The notes: generated from the sequence alone by a model not told the origin. 64,000 nt of DNA from an uncultured Acidobacteriota bacterium (GCA_963796275.1 CAWCKY010000003.1:1504001-1568000); one strand, 5' to 3'. Shown: positions 43,504 through 54,019, numbered from the stretch's first letter. Numbers and translations are program-made.

Positions 43504-44496
43504 TCATCGCTCAACTTTGAAATAAAATTCCCTGATATTCACCCATTCACCACGATCGTTATTTCCGCTGAGCATCATGCTGAAGGGGCCGTTCTGCAAT
43601 TGTTTGGCCGGTATTTTCAACACCAGGGACGAGCCCGATTTGACGCGGCCGGCTTTGATATCACCGCGCCTCCATATCTCATTCCCAGCCGAGTTTTGTA
43701 CGGCGGCGCTAAATCTGCTGTATCGATCGGCCGGTAAATCCGGGAAATTCAGGATGACCTGGACCGTCTCATTGCCGGGCGGAATGCGTATCAGCCGCGG
43801 CGCGCTATTCCCCACGCTTCTTATTCCAGGAACTGTCCAGATGAAAGAAGCAATAACTGTTTTTTTCGGCTCCGGTGTGGGCAAAACTTCCGGCTGTTGC
43901 TGTACGATGCTGAATGCCGGCTTGGACTGCTCGTCTGGGAGGTTCTCATCTGCAATCTCCTGCTTCGGCTTTTCTTTTTCTTCAGGGGATGGCAGTGATT
44001 CGTTTTTCGCAATCTCTTGCACGAATGGCGTCTGGAACTCGAATATTTTTACTGCCCCGATAACCACCAAAATCACTAATGCTGCTGCCATCGAGATTCC
44101 AAATGCCAACCTCGGCCCGCGGAACGGCGCGAATAAGGACTCCCAGATTGAGGGAGAAGGTTTTTTTACCAGCTCGTCCGTGTCGTAAAGAACAGCATAG
44201 CCGTATTCCTGTTCGATAGATTCTAGCGGTAGGGTAGTGACCAGGGCTTGGAAAAAACGTACCTGATCAATCCGTGCCGGTGTGGTCAGATAATTACGCT
44301 CAAATCGGACCCGGCCGGATGGAGAAAGTTTGCCGTTGACATATCCCTCTATTAAATCTTGTTCGACGGCCTGGAGCAGATCAAAAATCTCGGGATCAAT
44401 GAAATACTCCATCTCCATCTCTAACTTGTCTTTAATGGATAACTCACCCAACAGATATCGGACCATCTGTTGTTCAATGTCTAATCTTACATCCAT
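43504..44496 (-). CDS. Anti-sigma-like single-pass membrane protein (Cys-less tandem YLLGELS/YVNGKLS N-terminal repeats)
   Basis: MVRYLLGELS...DLIEGYVNGKLS..RFERNYL, a TM, a Pro-rich linker and a C-terminal Ig-like domain resembling that of the 34866 protein. Confidence 0.72.
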   Translation of the reverse strand: MDVRLDIEQQMVRYLLGELSIKDKLEMEMEYFIDPEIFDLLQAVEQDLIEGYVNGKLSPSGRVRFERNYLTTPARIDQVRFFQALVTTLPLESIEQEYGYAVLYDTDELVKKPSPSIWESLFAPFRGPRLAFGISMAAALVILVVIGAVKIFEFQTPFVQEIAKNESLPSPEEKEKPKQEIADENLPDEQSKPAFSIVQQQPEVLPTPEPKKTVIASFIWTVPGIRSVGNSAPRLIRIPPGNETVQVILNFPDLPADRYSRFSAAVQNSAGNEIWRRGDIKAGRVKSGSSLVLKIPAKQLQNGPFSMMLSGNNDRGEWVNIREFYFKVER

Positions 44497-44815
44497 GGCA
44501 GCCTCAACCTGACTTCTATCTCTATTATCTCTATCATTTGCCCTGACTATCAGCGCAGCTAGCCTAGCTCAGATTTGCTGATAGCTATTTTATTTTTCAA
44601 TGGTGTCATTAATTTAATGTCGTCGGAGTCTCGAGTTTGTCCTTTCTAGTATCGTGTGACAAACTTCCCGAACTCATGTCGGCAAATAGTGCGCGCTCTG
44701 AAAGAGAGCCGAACACTTATTGTAAATTCTATGTTTATTCTAAGTAAACGCAAATTCGCCAAGGATTTCGTAGGATAACAGAAATTTCTAACGAGATGCT
44801 GAAATGAATAGCGCC

Positions 44816-44843
44816 TTGAAATGAGGATATAGAAGTGTATAAT
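44816..44843 (+). promoter_or_regulatory. Sigma70 promoter of tRNA-Pro
   Basis: TTGAAA-16 nt-TATAAT, 12 nt upstream of the tRNA. Confidence 0.7.
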
Positions 44844-44855
44844 TGCGGCTTCAAT

Positions 44856-44930
<75 letters not shown>

Positions 44931-45457
44931 CAATGAAATCAAAAGGTTGTGACTTCCATATTGGAAGTTTTACTCTTTTGCGACACTTTCAACTTCGACT
45001 GCACTATCGATAATCAAATTTTTCCATTACGATCTTCACTTCGTTGAATATTGAAAAGAAACTCTGAGCTGCGATGATCTCATGCTATGCCTGTGATAAA
45101 AATCCAGACAGCTTGCTGAAGACTCAGAAACATGTGTTCGGCGCGCGTGCAGGAGCCAGCATAGGAGCACTGGATAGTCTCGACCGCTTCCCACCACATT
45201 CCGAAGGCTGCCAGCTTCCCTAAATATCCGGATCAAGAGCATTCTGTGCGCCAGTTTGATAGGCGGCGGGCCTCGTCGCGGTTCCGAGGCTCTCCTAAAG
45301 AAATTAAGTGTACCGCTTCTGAACGGTCGTATCGTTTATGTTCTGAGCAAGACTGCCGTCCGTCAAACCAGGGCCATCTCAGTCAAAATCATTTGTGGTA
45401 TTATGCAAGGCTTTTGTGCCAAAGAGGTTTACTCATCATCGTTCGATTGGAGAACTA

Positions 45458-46414
45458 ATGCAGACAAGACAACTCGGAAACAGTGATCTTCAGATAACCC
45501 CACTCGGCATCGGCGCGTGGGCGATGGGTGGCGCGGGGTGGCTCTTTTCGTGGAGCCATCAGGACGACTACGCGTCAATCTTCGCGATTCACGCAGCACT
45601 AGACGCAGGGATGAACTGGATTGACACTGCTGCTGTCTACGGCCTCGGCCATTCGGAAGAAGTCGTGGCGAAGGCGTTGAGAGGACGCGCGAACAAACCT
45701 TATGTCTTCACCAAATGCGCTCGCATCTGGGATGAGAATCGACAGATCGGCAAGTCGCTCAAGGCCGATTCCATTCGCCGCGAATTAGATGCCAGTTTGC
45801 TGCGATTAAAGGTCGACGTGATCGACCTTTATCAAATTCATTGGCCCGAACCGGATGAAGAGGTCGAAGAGGGCTGGGCGACGCTCGCTCGCTTGAAAGA
45901 GGAAGGGAAAGTTCGCTGGATCGGCGTGTCGAATTTCAGCCTCAAACACTTGAAGCGCGCGCAGGCTATCTTTCCGATCACATCGCTGCAACCGCCTTAT
46001 TCGCTGATCCGCCGCGAAGTCGAAGAGGATGTTCTGCCATACTGCGCAGAACACAACATCGGCGTGATCGCCTACTCGCCAATGGGGTCAGGACTTTTGA
46101 CCGGCGCGATGACGCGCGAAAGGTTAGCCAACCTGCCTGAAGATGACTGGCGACGCCGCGGCCCACAATTCCAGGAACCGCTCGTCACTCGCAATCTGAA
46201 GATCGTGGGCAAGCTTAAAGAGATTGCCTCTCGCCACCAGCGCAGCGCGGGCGAAGCAGCAATCGCGTGGGTTCTGCGAAACAGCGTAGTAACAGGAGCG
46301 ATCGTCGGAGTCCGGAGCCGGGAGCAGGTCGCCGGGGTCAGCGGCGCGATGGATTTCCGACTGAGCGAGGATGAGATCAATGAGATCAACACATATGCTC
46401 AAAGCCTCGATTGA
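45458..46414 (+). CDS. Aldo/keto reductase
   Basis: GIGAWAMGG, WIDTAAVYGLGHSEE, IDLYQIHWP, IGVSNF, LQPPYS. Confidence 0.93.
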   Translation: MQTRQLGNSDLQITPLGIGAWAMGGAGWLFSWSHQDDYASIFAIHAALDAGMNWIDTAAVYGLGHSEEVVAKALRGRANKPYVFTKCARIWDENRQIGKSLKADSIRRELDASLLRLKVDVIDLYQIHWPEPDEEVEEGWATLARLKEEGKVRWIGVSNFSLKHLKRAQAIFPITSLQPPYSLIRREVEEDVLPYCAEHNIGVIAYSPMGSGLLTGAMTRERLANLPEDDWRRRGPQFQEPLVTRNLKIVGKLKEIASRHQRSAGEAAIAWVLRNSVVTGAIVGVRSREQVAGVSGAMDFRLSEDEINEINTYAQSLD

Positions 46415-46649
46415 CGCAGATTACATTTAAAGAGAATTCGATGATGATGAGATTTCTGGTCACATCTGATCCTTTGTTAGTTGTAGTTTCGTATTAGGCG
46501 GTCCCCGGGTTTTTCCGACTCTCTATTTATAACAGACAAAGACTTCGATTGGATTGCAGCCGGGCGATAGGGCCACGATACTTTCCAGATTTGCGGGAGC
46601 ATCATAGATTTCCAGCAGACTCGAATTTTTGATATTCAGTTGGTCGTTT

Positions 46650-47170
46650 AACGCCCATGCCGAATTGTCACGTAGCGGCAGGGATGAGTCTAATCCGGCG
46701 TTTCAACGCCGGCACCGGCATCCATCGTCGCGTAGCGACGGTGTGAATCGTAGCCGTGGGTTTCAACCCATTGGTATCTATACAACTCTGATTTTGAAAT
46801 CCCTCGATGGCAAGAGACGGCACAGAATGATAAGCAGCTCCTCTTAGCCCGGTAAAACCGGGCTAAGAGGATGCCAATCATTATGTATAACCTCCCGCAT
46901 TTTAGTTGAATTGCGAGATTCTCTGATTTGTGTTGATTTCAACCCCCGGTCGGCCAGCTCCTCACCTTGCGACGCACCAATGTACCCTTTCTTCGCCGCG
47001 TTAGCGGCGGCTGATTGTAGCCGTGGGGTTTCAACCCACGGTAGACACGTGAGATTGTCCCCGCGTCGCGTCAGCGACGCTTGACTCAACCCTCGCTGAC
47101 GCGCAGCGTTTTACTTGCTTTCCGCGTTAAAACGCACGGCTACATTCACGCCGTCGCACCGCGACGAAGA
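46650..47170. repeat. Cluster of REP-like palindromes (BIME-like)
   Basis: GTAGCCGTGGGTTTCAACCCA twice, CGTCGCGTAGCGACG/CGTCGCGTCAGCGACG hairpins, an inverted AACGCACGGCTAC, and a perfect 14-bp palindrome at 46840-46870. Confidence 0.8.
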
Positions 47171-47523
47171 AGGTGGACATTTCATGCGAAAGTTTGGGCA
47201 ATGACAAGGCGGTGAAACGTCGGGCGACATCCATAGCGACGCGGCGGAAGCGAAGCAGGCAATCTTTGTAAAACCGATTGTCTGAAGCTCGATAGATCGG
47301 TCTATTCTTGCCCCCGTTGCCGATGATGGCGAAGGAGGCTTCGGTCTCGACAGGTCGAGGAGGCTACGCTCAGGCAAATTCAACATCTTCAGGTTGACGA
47401 CCTCTGCGCGCGGGGCATGCCTGTTTGGTATTAACTTCGCAATCAGCACATCTGTGTCTCGCCAGATAAGATATGGTCCTAGTAACATCGGCATTTCGGT
47501 GTCACACTCTCGTTTTCTCATTG

Positions 47524-48216
47524 TCACATTATGCCAAATTTTTCGAAGGCATCGCTTGCGCTCATACCTTCTTCGATTGCTTTGCGAACAAGTTTTTCGC
47601 CGCGCGCTTTTTCGACGGCTAGCGAGAAGACCTCTTCAATCGCCGTCTGGGGGGTAACAAGGACGCCTTCCATATCGCCGAAGATCAGATCGCCTGGCGC
47701 GATGCTCACACCTTCTATTTCGATCGAGCAGCGAAAATCAATCACCTTACCGCGCGGTCCCTGATCCTGCGCATAACGGCCCCAGGCGAAGGTCGGGAAA
47801 TTCAATCTCTTAATACCCGGCGAGTCGCGAGCGTACCCGTTCATCACGGCGCCAGCCGCGCCCAGCTTCTGCGCGCGCGTGCTCATTAACTCCCCCCACA
47901 GCGCATAGCGAGGTGAGCCGCCCGTGCAGATATATACCTCGCCAACCTTCAGATCATCGAGCGCGCGTAGCATCAGTCCGAAAGGGGCTGCCATCACGGG
48001 ATTCGACTGATTTCCGCTGCGCTCTTCGAACACGTCGGCTTCGAGCACTGGCATTGCACGTCCCAGCACGACCATATCGTCGCGCAGGGGCTGGATCTGC
48101 GGCGGCAGAAATTGTCGCTGCAATCCGATTTTATCCATCACATCGCCGATGACCGCTGTAAACAATTCTTGGCGAATCAGCGCAAACAATTCTGCTTCCG
48201 TTTGCCAATAGACCAT
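47524..48216 (-). CDS. RraA/HMG-CHA aldolase family protein
   Basis: TAVIGDVMD, ALWGELMS, GAVMNGYARD, IAPGDLIFGDMEGV. Confidence 0.88.
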   Translation of the reverse strand: MVYWQTEAELFALIRQELFTAVIGDVMDKIGLQRQFLPPQIQPLRDDMVVLGRAMPVLEADVFEERSGNQSNPVMAAPFGLMLRALDDLKVGEVYICTGGSPRYALWGELMSTRAQKLGAAGAVMNGYARDSPGIKRLNFPTFAWGRYAQDQGPRGKVIDFRCSIEIEGVSIAPGDLIFGDMEGVLVTPQTAIEEVFSLAVEKARGEKLVRKAIEEGMSASDAFEKFGIM

Positions 48217-48549
48217 CGAAATTCTCCTGACCCGTTTGAGTATCCGAGCATGATTCCCATTTATGTATTATTTGAAATAAATGCAAATGATGTATAAGCA
48301 GTGATCAATAGGCTGGGGAGACGATGATCAACTGCTTTCAACACCGAGCCTGTCCGTTCCAGATCGCAGCAATGATGTATGGCTATACAAATGGATGATC
48401 GGCTTAATTGCTAAAATGCGCATCCATGCCACTACTGACGTAATGGCATGGCGCGCGTCGATATTATCCCGGTCGATTCAGTGACTCTGTCGTCGGGCGT
48501 TTAGATGACCGACTCGTTCATTGCTACCGCAACCTGCTCGGGAACGCGC

Positions 48550-48585
48550 CGATCCTGGTCATTAAGATGCCAATGACCAGGATCG
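48550..48585 (-). terminator. Hairpin after the NHL gene (possible terminator)
   Basis: Perfect 14-bp stem CGATCCTGGTCATT/AATGACCAGGATCG, 28 bp after the stop; no U-tract. Confidence 0.5.
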
Positions 48586-48612
48586 TATCGGGCTCGCCAG
48601 AAAGTATGGAGA

Positions 48613-49692
48613 TTAAGCCAAGCGCTTCAGTTTAACCACCCGCCCTGCCAGCATCCATTCCGACACATATAGATTCCCTCTCTTGTCCCAGCTCAGGCCG
48701 TGCGGGGCGATGAACTGGCCGTCCACCCATTGGTCAGAAGGTATTTTGTTGGTGGCGCGTTTTTTGGGATCGCCGCTATCGCCGATTTGGGCGACGAGTT
48801 GGTTGTCCTTATCAAGAATCGTCACGCGACCGGCAAGATCGCCGATGGCAACATCCTTGTCTCGGATGCTCAGCACAGATGGCAGACGGAGGAAGTCATT
48901 CTCTGTTCCGTCAACCGTCTTGACATGCTTGCCAGCAAGGGTGAACCACTGCAGACGATGGTTAGCGCGATCGGTCACTAAAACAAGAGGCTCTTTACCG
49001 CGACGGTCGATGATGATCTTGTGCGGAGTACTGAACTTGCCTTCTTCTTTCTCCTTGCTGCATTTGCCGCCCCAGGAGTCGAGATATTCGCCTTTCGCGT
49101 TATATCGGTGAACGTAGTTAGCTCCATAACCATCGGTGACATAGAACTCGCCGTTCGGCAGGGCGGTGATGCCCGTCGGTTTGAATTCGTCCTTCGATTT
49201 GTAGATTCCCGATTGTTCGGGAAAGCCTTTGACCCAGACCGGCTCGCCTTTTAACGTGATCTTTGCAAACTCGTGACGGAAGAGGCTGACCAGATAAATG
49301 AATTCCTGGCCGCCTTCTTCGATCAGTTGCATGTCATGCGTGCCATTGCCGTCCTTGTCCGGCTTCCACTCTTTCCCCAACGAGCGAATGTACTTTCCAT
49401 CCTGATCGAAGACGATAATCGAATCGTCGCCGTCAGTGCTGAAATACACACGATTTTGGGCGTCGACGACCACGCCGCCATGGGTGCTGCCAAATTTCAC
49501 ACCGGCGGGCAGCTTGCCCCAACCACGCACCCATTCATATCGGTGTTTGCCTTCCCCGAGAATGACGGGACCGTCTTCCCGTACTCCGGCGAATGCGCGC
49601 GTCAGATTGGATGAAGCGAGTGAAGCCGCAGTAAAAGTGAGCCCGTGCAGGAAGCGGCGGCGGCCCACGTCTTTCCGATCGGTCAGAACCAT
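48613..49692 (-). CDS. Tat-exported NHL-repeat beta-propeller (peptidyl-alpha-hydroxyglycine lyase-like)
   Basis: GRRRFL Tat motif; THGGVVVD, YVTDGYG, FSTPH, VTDRANHRLQ, APHG..D..GNLYVSEW. Confidence 0.85.
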   Translation of the reverse strand: MVLTDRKDVGRRRFLHGLTFTAASLASSNLTRAFAGVREDGPVILGEGKHRYEWVRGWGKLPAGVKFGSTHGGVVVDAQNRVYFSTDGDDSIIVFDQDGKYIRSLGKEWKPDKDGNGTHDMQLIEEGGQEFIYLVSLFRHEFAKITLKGEPVWVKGFPEQSGIYKSKDEFKPTGITALPNGEFYVTDGYGANYVHRYNAKGEYLDSWGGKCSKEKEEGKFSTPHKIIIDRRGKEPLVLVTDRANHRLQWFTLAGKHVKTVDGTENDFLRLPSVLSIRDKDVAIGDLAGRVTILDKDNQLVAQIGDSGDPKKRATNKIPSDQWVDGQFIAPHGLSWDKRGNLYVSEWMLAGRVVKLKRLA

Positions 49693-49864
49693 ATGTTTTC
49701 TCCATTAATTTGTATTTTTAACGTTTGCGACAGCGTTCGTGGAGTAATTTCTACCGCAGTATTCATTGATAGACAACTCTTTTCGGTCAATCTTATTTAA
49801 CAGAAGCCGGGATTCACTCGGCTTAAGCCATCTTTCCGATAACTGGCGGCTGAAGCCGCGCTAC

Positions 49865-50374
49865 TGCTACTGTGTCACAAAACTCCTCGATTTCTTAGGA
49901 AATCGAGAGAAATTCAACTGATATTCAGAGGTGGCGGCGCCTTTTTGGGATTGCGGTAGCATGGTACCGCTTTGGTAGTCCATTGCTTTTCCGGCTGTCT
50001 CATTGACAACTAAGCAATCCTCAATCAGTGGTTGTGCAGGCTACTGGATGAGTTTAAGCGACTGCCTGAGACGAGGCACTGACTACCAAAGCGGTACCAA
50101 GCGATGCCGCGGGCGAATTCAGAAAATAAGATTATCGGCTCTTAGCTCCGGAGCGACATATGATGCCGTTCATATGTCGGTCCTCCGGAGCTGGGGCACT
50201 ATTACGAAAATTCTATAAACATAACGCGCCTCTGGCGCTCCCGAATAAAACGAATTCGCAGGCGGCATCACAAGCAAGCTACCGCAATCCAAAGGCTCCG
50301 CCATCCAGGCGCAGTAAGCAGAACGCATACGCGAATTTCCCAAGATATTCGAGAATATTTGTGACACAGTAGCA
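49865..50374. mobile_element. MITE-like element with terminal inverted repeats, a CTAC duplication and nested palindromic elements
   Basis: TGCTACTGTGTCACAAA... / ...TTTGTGACACAGTAGCA (17 bp perfect, about 40 bp imperfect), with CTAC on both flanks. Confidence 0.75.
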
Positions 50375-50571
50375 CTACTTGCCCTGCGGGGAAGCCCGTG
50401 AACCGGGCTAGACAAAAACTTAGCCTTGGTTTACGGATTAATAAACCTATCGATAAACCTATCATTTTTGCCCTGCGATTCCTTCCTTCCATCAGAGCAT
50501 TTTAGAAACGAGCATAGCCTTGAAGCGCGTATACCCTCACTAACTTCGAAGCGGAGATTGGCTTTCAAGCG

Positions 50572-51240
50572 TTAGCGATGAACAACAGCGCGGATATCCT
50601 TGCTCTCCAACACTCGCTTCGGATAACCCTGCCTGGCTACGGTTAACATTGCACGTCCGATCTGTTCTGTGGTGAGCACGTGATCAGGAAAGGCCGCCCG
50701 CATCAAGGGCAACAATGGTTTAGTAAGTGTGTAAAGAATTCGGTAGGAAGCCGTCTTGGATTTAATGCCATGGAGAGGCTCGATAATGCCCGGGCGAAAC
50801 ATATATGCTGCCGCAAAGGGCAGTCGTGAGAGCGCGTTCTCCGTCCTCCCCTTAACTCTAGCCCACCGGATCCGCCCGTTCTCTGAACTGTCAGTGCCGG
50901 CGCCTGACACATAAATAAAGGTCATCTGAGGATTGAGCCGGCATAACACTTCAGCCGCTGCCAGAGTGACTCCATAAGTCAGGCGTTCGTACTCCTCTTC
51001 TTTTATTCCGCCGGAAGAGACGCCGAGGCAGAAGAAACATGCCTCGAAGCCGGAGAGATCGTGCTCGACGGTCGCATAATTCCACAAATCCGAACGCACC
51101 ATCTCCCGCAATTTCGGGTGGCGCGCGCCAGTAGCAGATCGACCCACTGTCTGCACTAGCTGCACCTCCGTATCCAACAGGCATTCGCGCAGAACACCCT
51201 GTCCGACCATGCCGGTCCCCCCAAAGAGTAGAACGTTCAT
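50572..51240 (-). CDS. NAD(P)-binding epimerase/atypical SDR protein
   Basis: FGGTGMVGQG, CFFCLG, FIYVSGAGTDS, WARVKG. Confidence 0.88.
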   Translation of the reverse strand: MNVLLFGGTGMVGQGVLRECLLDTEVQLVQTVGRSATGARHPKLREMVRSDLWNYATVEHDLSGFEACFFCLGVSSGGIKEEEYERLTYGVTLAAAEVLCRLNPQMTFIYVSGAGTDSSENGRIRWARVKGRTENALSRLPFAAAYMFRPGIIEPLHGIKSKTASYRILYTLTKPLLPLMRAAFPDHVLTTEQIGRAMLTVARQGYPKRVLESKDIRAVVHR

Positions 51241-51773
51241 TTATTAGCACCTCCTCAGCATTCTGTGACCATCCAACGGCAAGAACAAAACCAGTATCTT
51301 CTCAATTATAGTCACGGCACGCTGGTGAGGTTAGATGGATCCTGAAGGGATGCGAAAGCCTACAGAAATACGATAGACTGTTCTATCGCACCCCTCGAGG
51401 TAATACCCTTGTGTAACAGATCCGGGGCACGCTTCGCTCCAACCCTGGCTGTTTCTCTAACCGCTTCTTCGGGGGCGGGCACGGGCGTTGCGCTCGAACC
51501 CGCTGACATCGCGCTGACGGGGTAACTACCTCACACGACACCCGTTCGCAATGCTGCTTTCGCGCGTGACTCTCGCTATCATCAAGCAGTACATCTGGTC
51601 TCGATTACGGTCAAGGGAGTCTCCTGGTGATTGCGCTGGTCGGATGAACGATGCTCTGAATGGGGCGGCGAGTGGCATGGGCGCGTCGATCCTCGTTATT
51701 ATCATAGATTGCGCGCGCATCAATGTGGGTAAATAGTCGAGACTTAGAACGCGCTCGATTGAGGAGGTTACAA

Positions 51774-52208
51774 GTGACGATGATTCAACGTGACATATTG
51801 CAGTATCTGGCGTGGGTGATCGCTATGATCGCCACCGTCGGCAGCCTTTTCTTTAGCGAGGTGATGCTACTCCCCCCCTGCGTTCTCTGTTGGTATCAGC
51901 GCATCGCAATGTACCCGCTCGTCCTGATTATCGGAAGCGGAATAATAATGCGAGACAACCGGATGAGGAATTACGCCTTGCCTGTTTGCCTGATAGGGCT
52001 GGCCGTCTCGATCTATCACAATTTACTTTATTACGGGATACTTCCGGAAAGTATTGCGCCCTGCGTTCAGGGTATTTCGTGTACTTCGAAGCAGATAGAG
52101 TGGCTCGGCTTCATCACGATTCCGCTGATGGCGCTAGCGGCCTTCGTCGGCTTGTCATTGTGTTTGCTATTTTATAGATCGGAACAAGAAGGAGAAAGAC
52201 ATGCGTAG
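51774..52208 (+). CDS. Disulfide bond formation protein DsbB/BdbC
   Basis: PCVLCWYQRIAMYP and a second Cys pair PC..GISC; GAGGAGG precedes the GTG at 51774. Confidence 0.92.
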   Translation: MTMIQRDILQYLAWVIAMIATVGSLFFSEVMLLPPCVLCWYQRIAMYPLVLIIGSGIIMRDNRMRNYALPVCLIGLAVSIYHNLLYYGILPESIAPCVQGISCTSKQIEWLGFITIPLMALAAFVGLSLCLLFYRSEQEGERHA

Positions 52209-52866
52209 AGAGATAAAGATTTTGGTTTTGATCGGGGTAGTCGTCGTGATTGCCGCCATGATCGGCGCAAGGCAATACCGAGAATCACTGCAGAGCGAAC
52301 GTAAATCGACTGAGGCTAACGGACCGCTCGTCCGACCGGATAGCCCGACGTTAGGACCGGCGGATGCCCCGGTAACTATAGTCGAGTTTTTAGACCCGGA
52401 ATGCGAATCGTGTCGCGCCTTCTATCCAAGGGTGAAACAGATTTTGAAAGATTACGACGGCAAGGTGAGGTTGGTAGTAAGGTTTATGCCATTACACCAA
52501 AACTCGGCGCTCGCCGCGACGTTTATAGAAGCCGCGGGGGAACAGGGAAAGTATTGGGAGATGCAGGAGATGCTGTTTTACCGGCAACCCGAGTGGGGCG
52601 AACGGCACGGGGAGCCGGAGACCACGCCGAGGGTATCGCCCGGCCCCATGTTCGAGAGGTACGCGATGGAACTGGGTCTCGACGTGGAAAAAATACGAGA
52701 CGCGGTCGCACAAAACCGTTACGCAGCGAAATTGGAGAGGGATAAAAGTGACGGGCGAAGTCTCGGGGTTACTCGAACGCCGACATTTTTCGTTAATGGC
52801 AGACAATTGGCGCGTTTCAGTGAAGAGGACTTGAGGTCTCTCATCGATGAAGAATTAGAGAAGTGA
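52201..52866 (+). CDS. DsbA/BdbD-like thioredoxin-fold protein
   Basis: N-terminal [25 protein letters not shown]; overlaps dsbB. Confidence 0.92.
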   Translation: MRREIKILVLIGVVVVIAAMIGARQYRESLQSERKSTEANGPLVRPDSPTLGPADAPVTIVEFLDPECESCRAFYPRVKQILKDYDGKVRLVVRFMPLHQNSALAATFIEAAGEQGKYWEMQEMLFYRQPEWGERHGEPETTPRVSPGPMFERYAMELGLDVEKIRDAVAQNRYAAKLERDKSDGRSLGVTRTPTFFVNGRQLARFSEEDLRSLIDEELEK

Positions 52867-52921
52867 GAGTTTCGGGAAGCGCGGATCAACGCTCCGCTTC
52901 TTTCTTCCTTCCTATTTGTCT

Positions 52922-53689
52922 TTACGGCTTATTCGATAAGGAGGTCTTGAGTTGTTTGATCGCTATCTCAAGCTGTTCCCTGACGCTTTCATTCTTTTCG
53001 GCAGCGAGGAGCTTATCAAGCGGTTCGATCGCTTTCCTTTCGCCCAGCTCCCCGAGCGAGAGCGCTGCTCCCGTGCGCACCGCCGGATCAGGATCGGAGA
53101 GCGCGACGATCAGAGGATCGACCGCGCGTTTATCTCCTAGCCTCCCGAGGGCAACGGTTGCGCTCGAACGCACGAAAGTGTGAGTATCGCGCAGCATCTT
53201 CAGGACAGCGTCAAACGCTTTGGCATCGCCCATATTGCCCAGGGCGGCGACAGCGCTCTCTCTGTCTTCATCGAGTTGTGAATCGAGTGCGGCGATCAGT
53301 GCTTCGCGCGCCTTCTCGCCTCCGATCATTCCGAGCGCCACTCCCGCGCTGCGGCGGTCGCGCGGGTGACTGCTGCGGAGCATGTCGATCAGCGGTTCCA
53401 CGGCCTTCACCGATCCCAATTGACCGAGACCAAGCGCGGCGGCGGCTCGCACGCTCTGATCGGCGTCCCGCAGCACGGATAGGAGAAGGTCGCCGACCGT
53501 TGGGTCCTCTATCTGGCTGATCTCTTCTACGGCTTTGCGGCGGACGTTGGCATCTTTGTCTTTGAGATCCGCGGTGAGTTTGTTCAGATCGGGTTTATCC
53601 TGCGCGGCTGTCAACCCGGAAACTGCGCTCAATTCAAGGAAAATCACGAGCGCCATGAAGAGGCAGCGGTGAAGACTTCGCTCTTTCAT
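52922..53689 (-). CDS. Secreted HEAT-repeat (PBS lyase-like) protein
   Basis: Signal peptide and repeated D....VR..AA.ALG.LG...AVEPL units. Confidence 0.88.
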   Translation of the reverse strand: MKERSLHRCLFMALVIFLELSAVSGLTAAQDKPDLNKLTADLKDKDANVRRKAVEEISQIEDPTVGDLLLSVLRDADQSVRAAAALGLGQLGSVKAVEPLIDMLRSSHPRDRRSAGVALGMIGGEKAREALIAALDSQLDEDRESAVAALGNMGDAKAFDAVLKMLRDTHTFVRSSATVALGRLGDKRAVDPLIVALSDPDPAVRTGAALSLGELGERKAIEPLDKLLAAEKNESVREQLEIAIKQLKTSLSNKP

Positions 53690-53701
53690 AGATGTCCTCG
53701 C

Positions 53702-54019
53702 TTATTTTATGGACGGCATTCGCGAGACGAACCAGGTGATAATCGCGATGAAGATCATTCCCAGGAATGTGATCGCGAGCATGATCCGGCCAGGCAACAG
53801 AACTAACGGTTTGACATCGCCCGTGCGATTCAGAGCATCGGGAGATGTCTCCGCATCGGAGCGCAAAATACCATATTCGTTGTTGGCGCTGTGAGAGGCC
53901 GAGACCGACGAAGTGTCCGCGTGAAACTTTTTCGTACTTTTTAGCCTGACCAGCCCGCCACTGATGACCTTCGACTTGCGCCGTCGTCGGTTTTCTTTGG
54001 AATTTTCAACCCGCTTCAT
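53702..54019 (-). CDS. Hypothetical protein with C-terminal TM helix
   Basis: ORF 13 bp upstream of the HEAT gene; hydrophobic C-terminus. Confidence 0.55.
   Translation of the reverse strand: MKRVENSKENRRRRKSKVISGGLVRLKSTKKFHADTSSVSASHSANNEYGILRSDAETSPDALNRTGDVKPLVLLPGRIMLAITFLGMIFIAIITWFVSRMPSIK

Noticed and set aside
46650-47170. Possible CRISPR array
   Set aside because: The repeats are palindromic, in mixed orientation and irregularly spaced, and there are no cas genes. This fits REP elements.
47111-47527. 138-aa ORF after the RraA gene
   Set aside because: It runs into REP sequence and shows no recognisable motif; it is unsupported.
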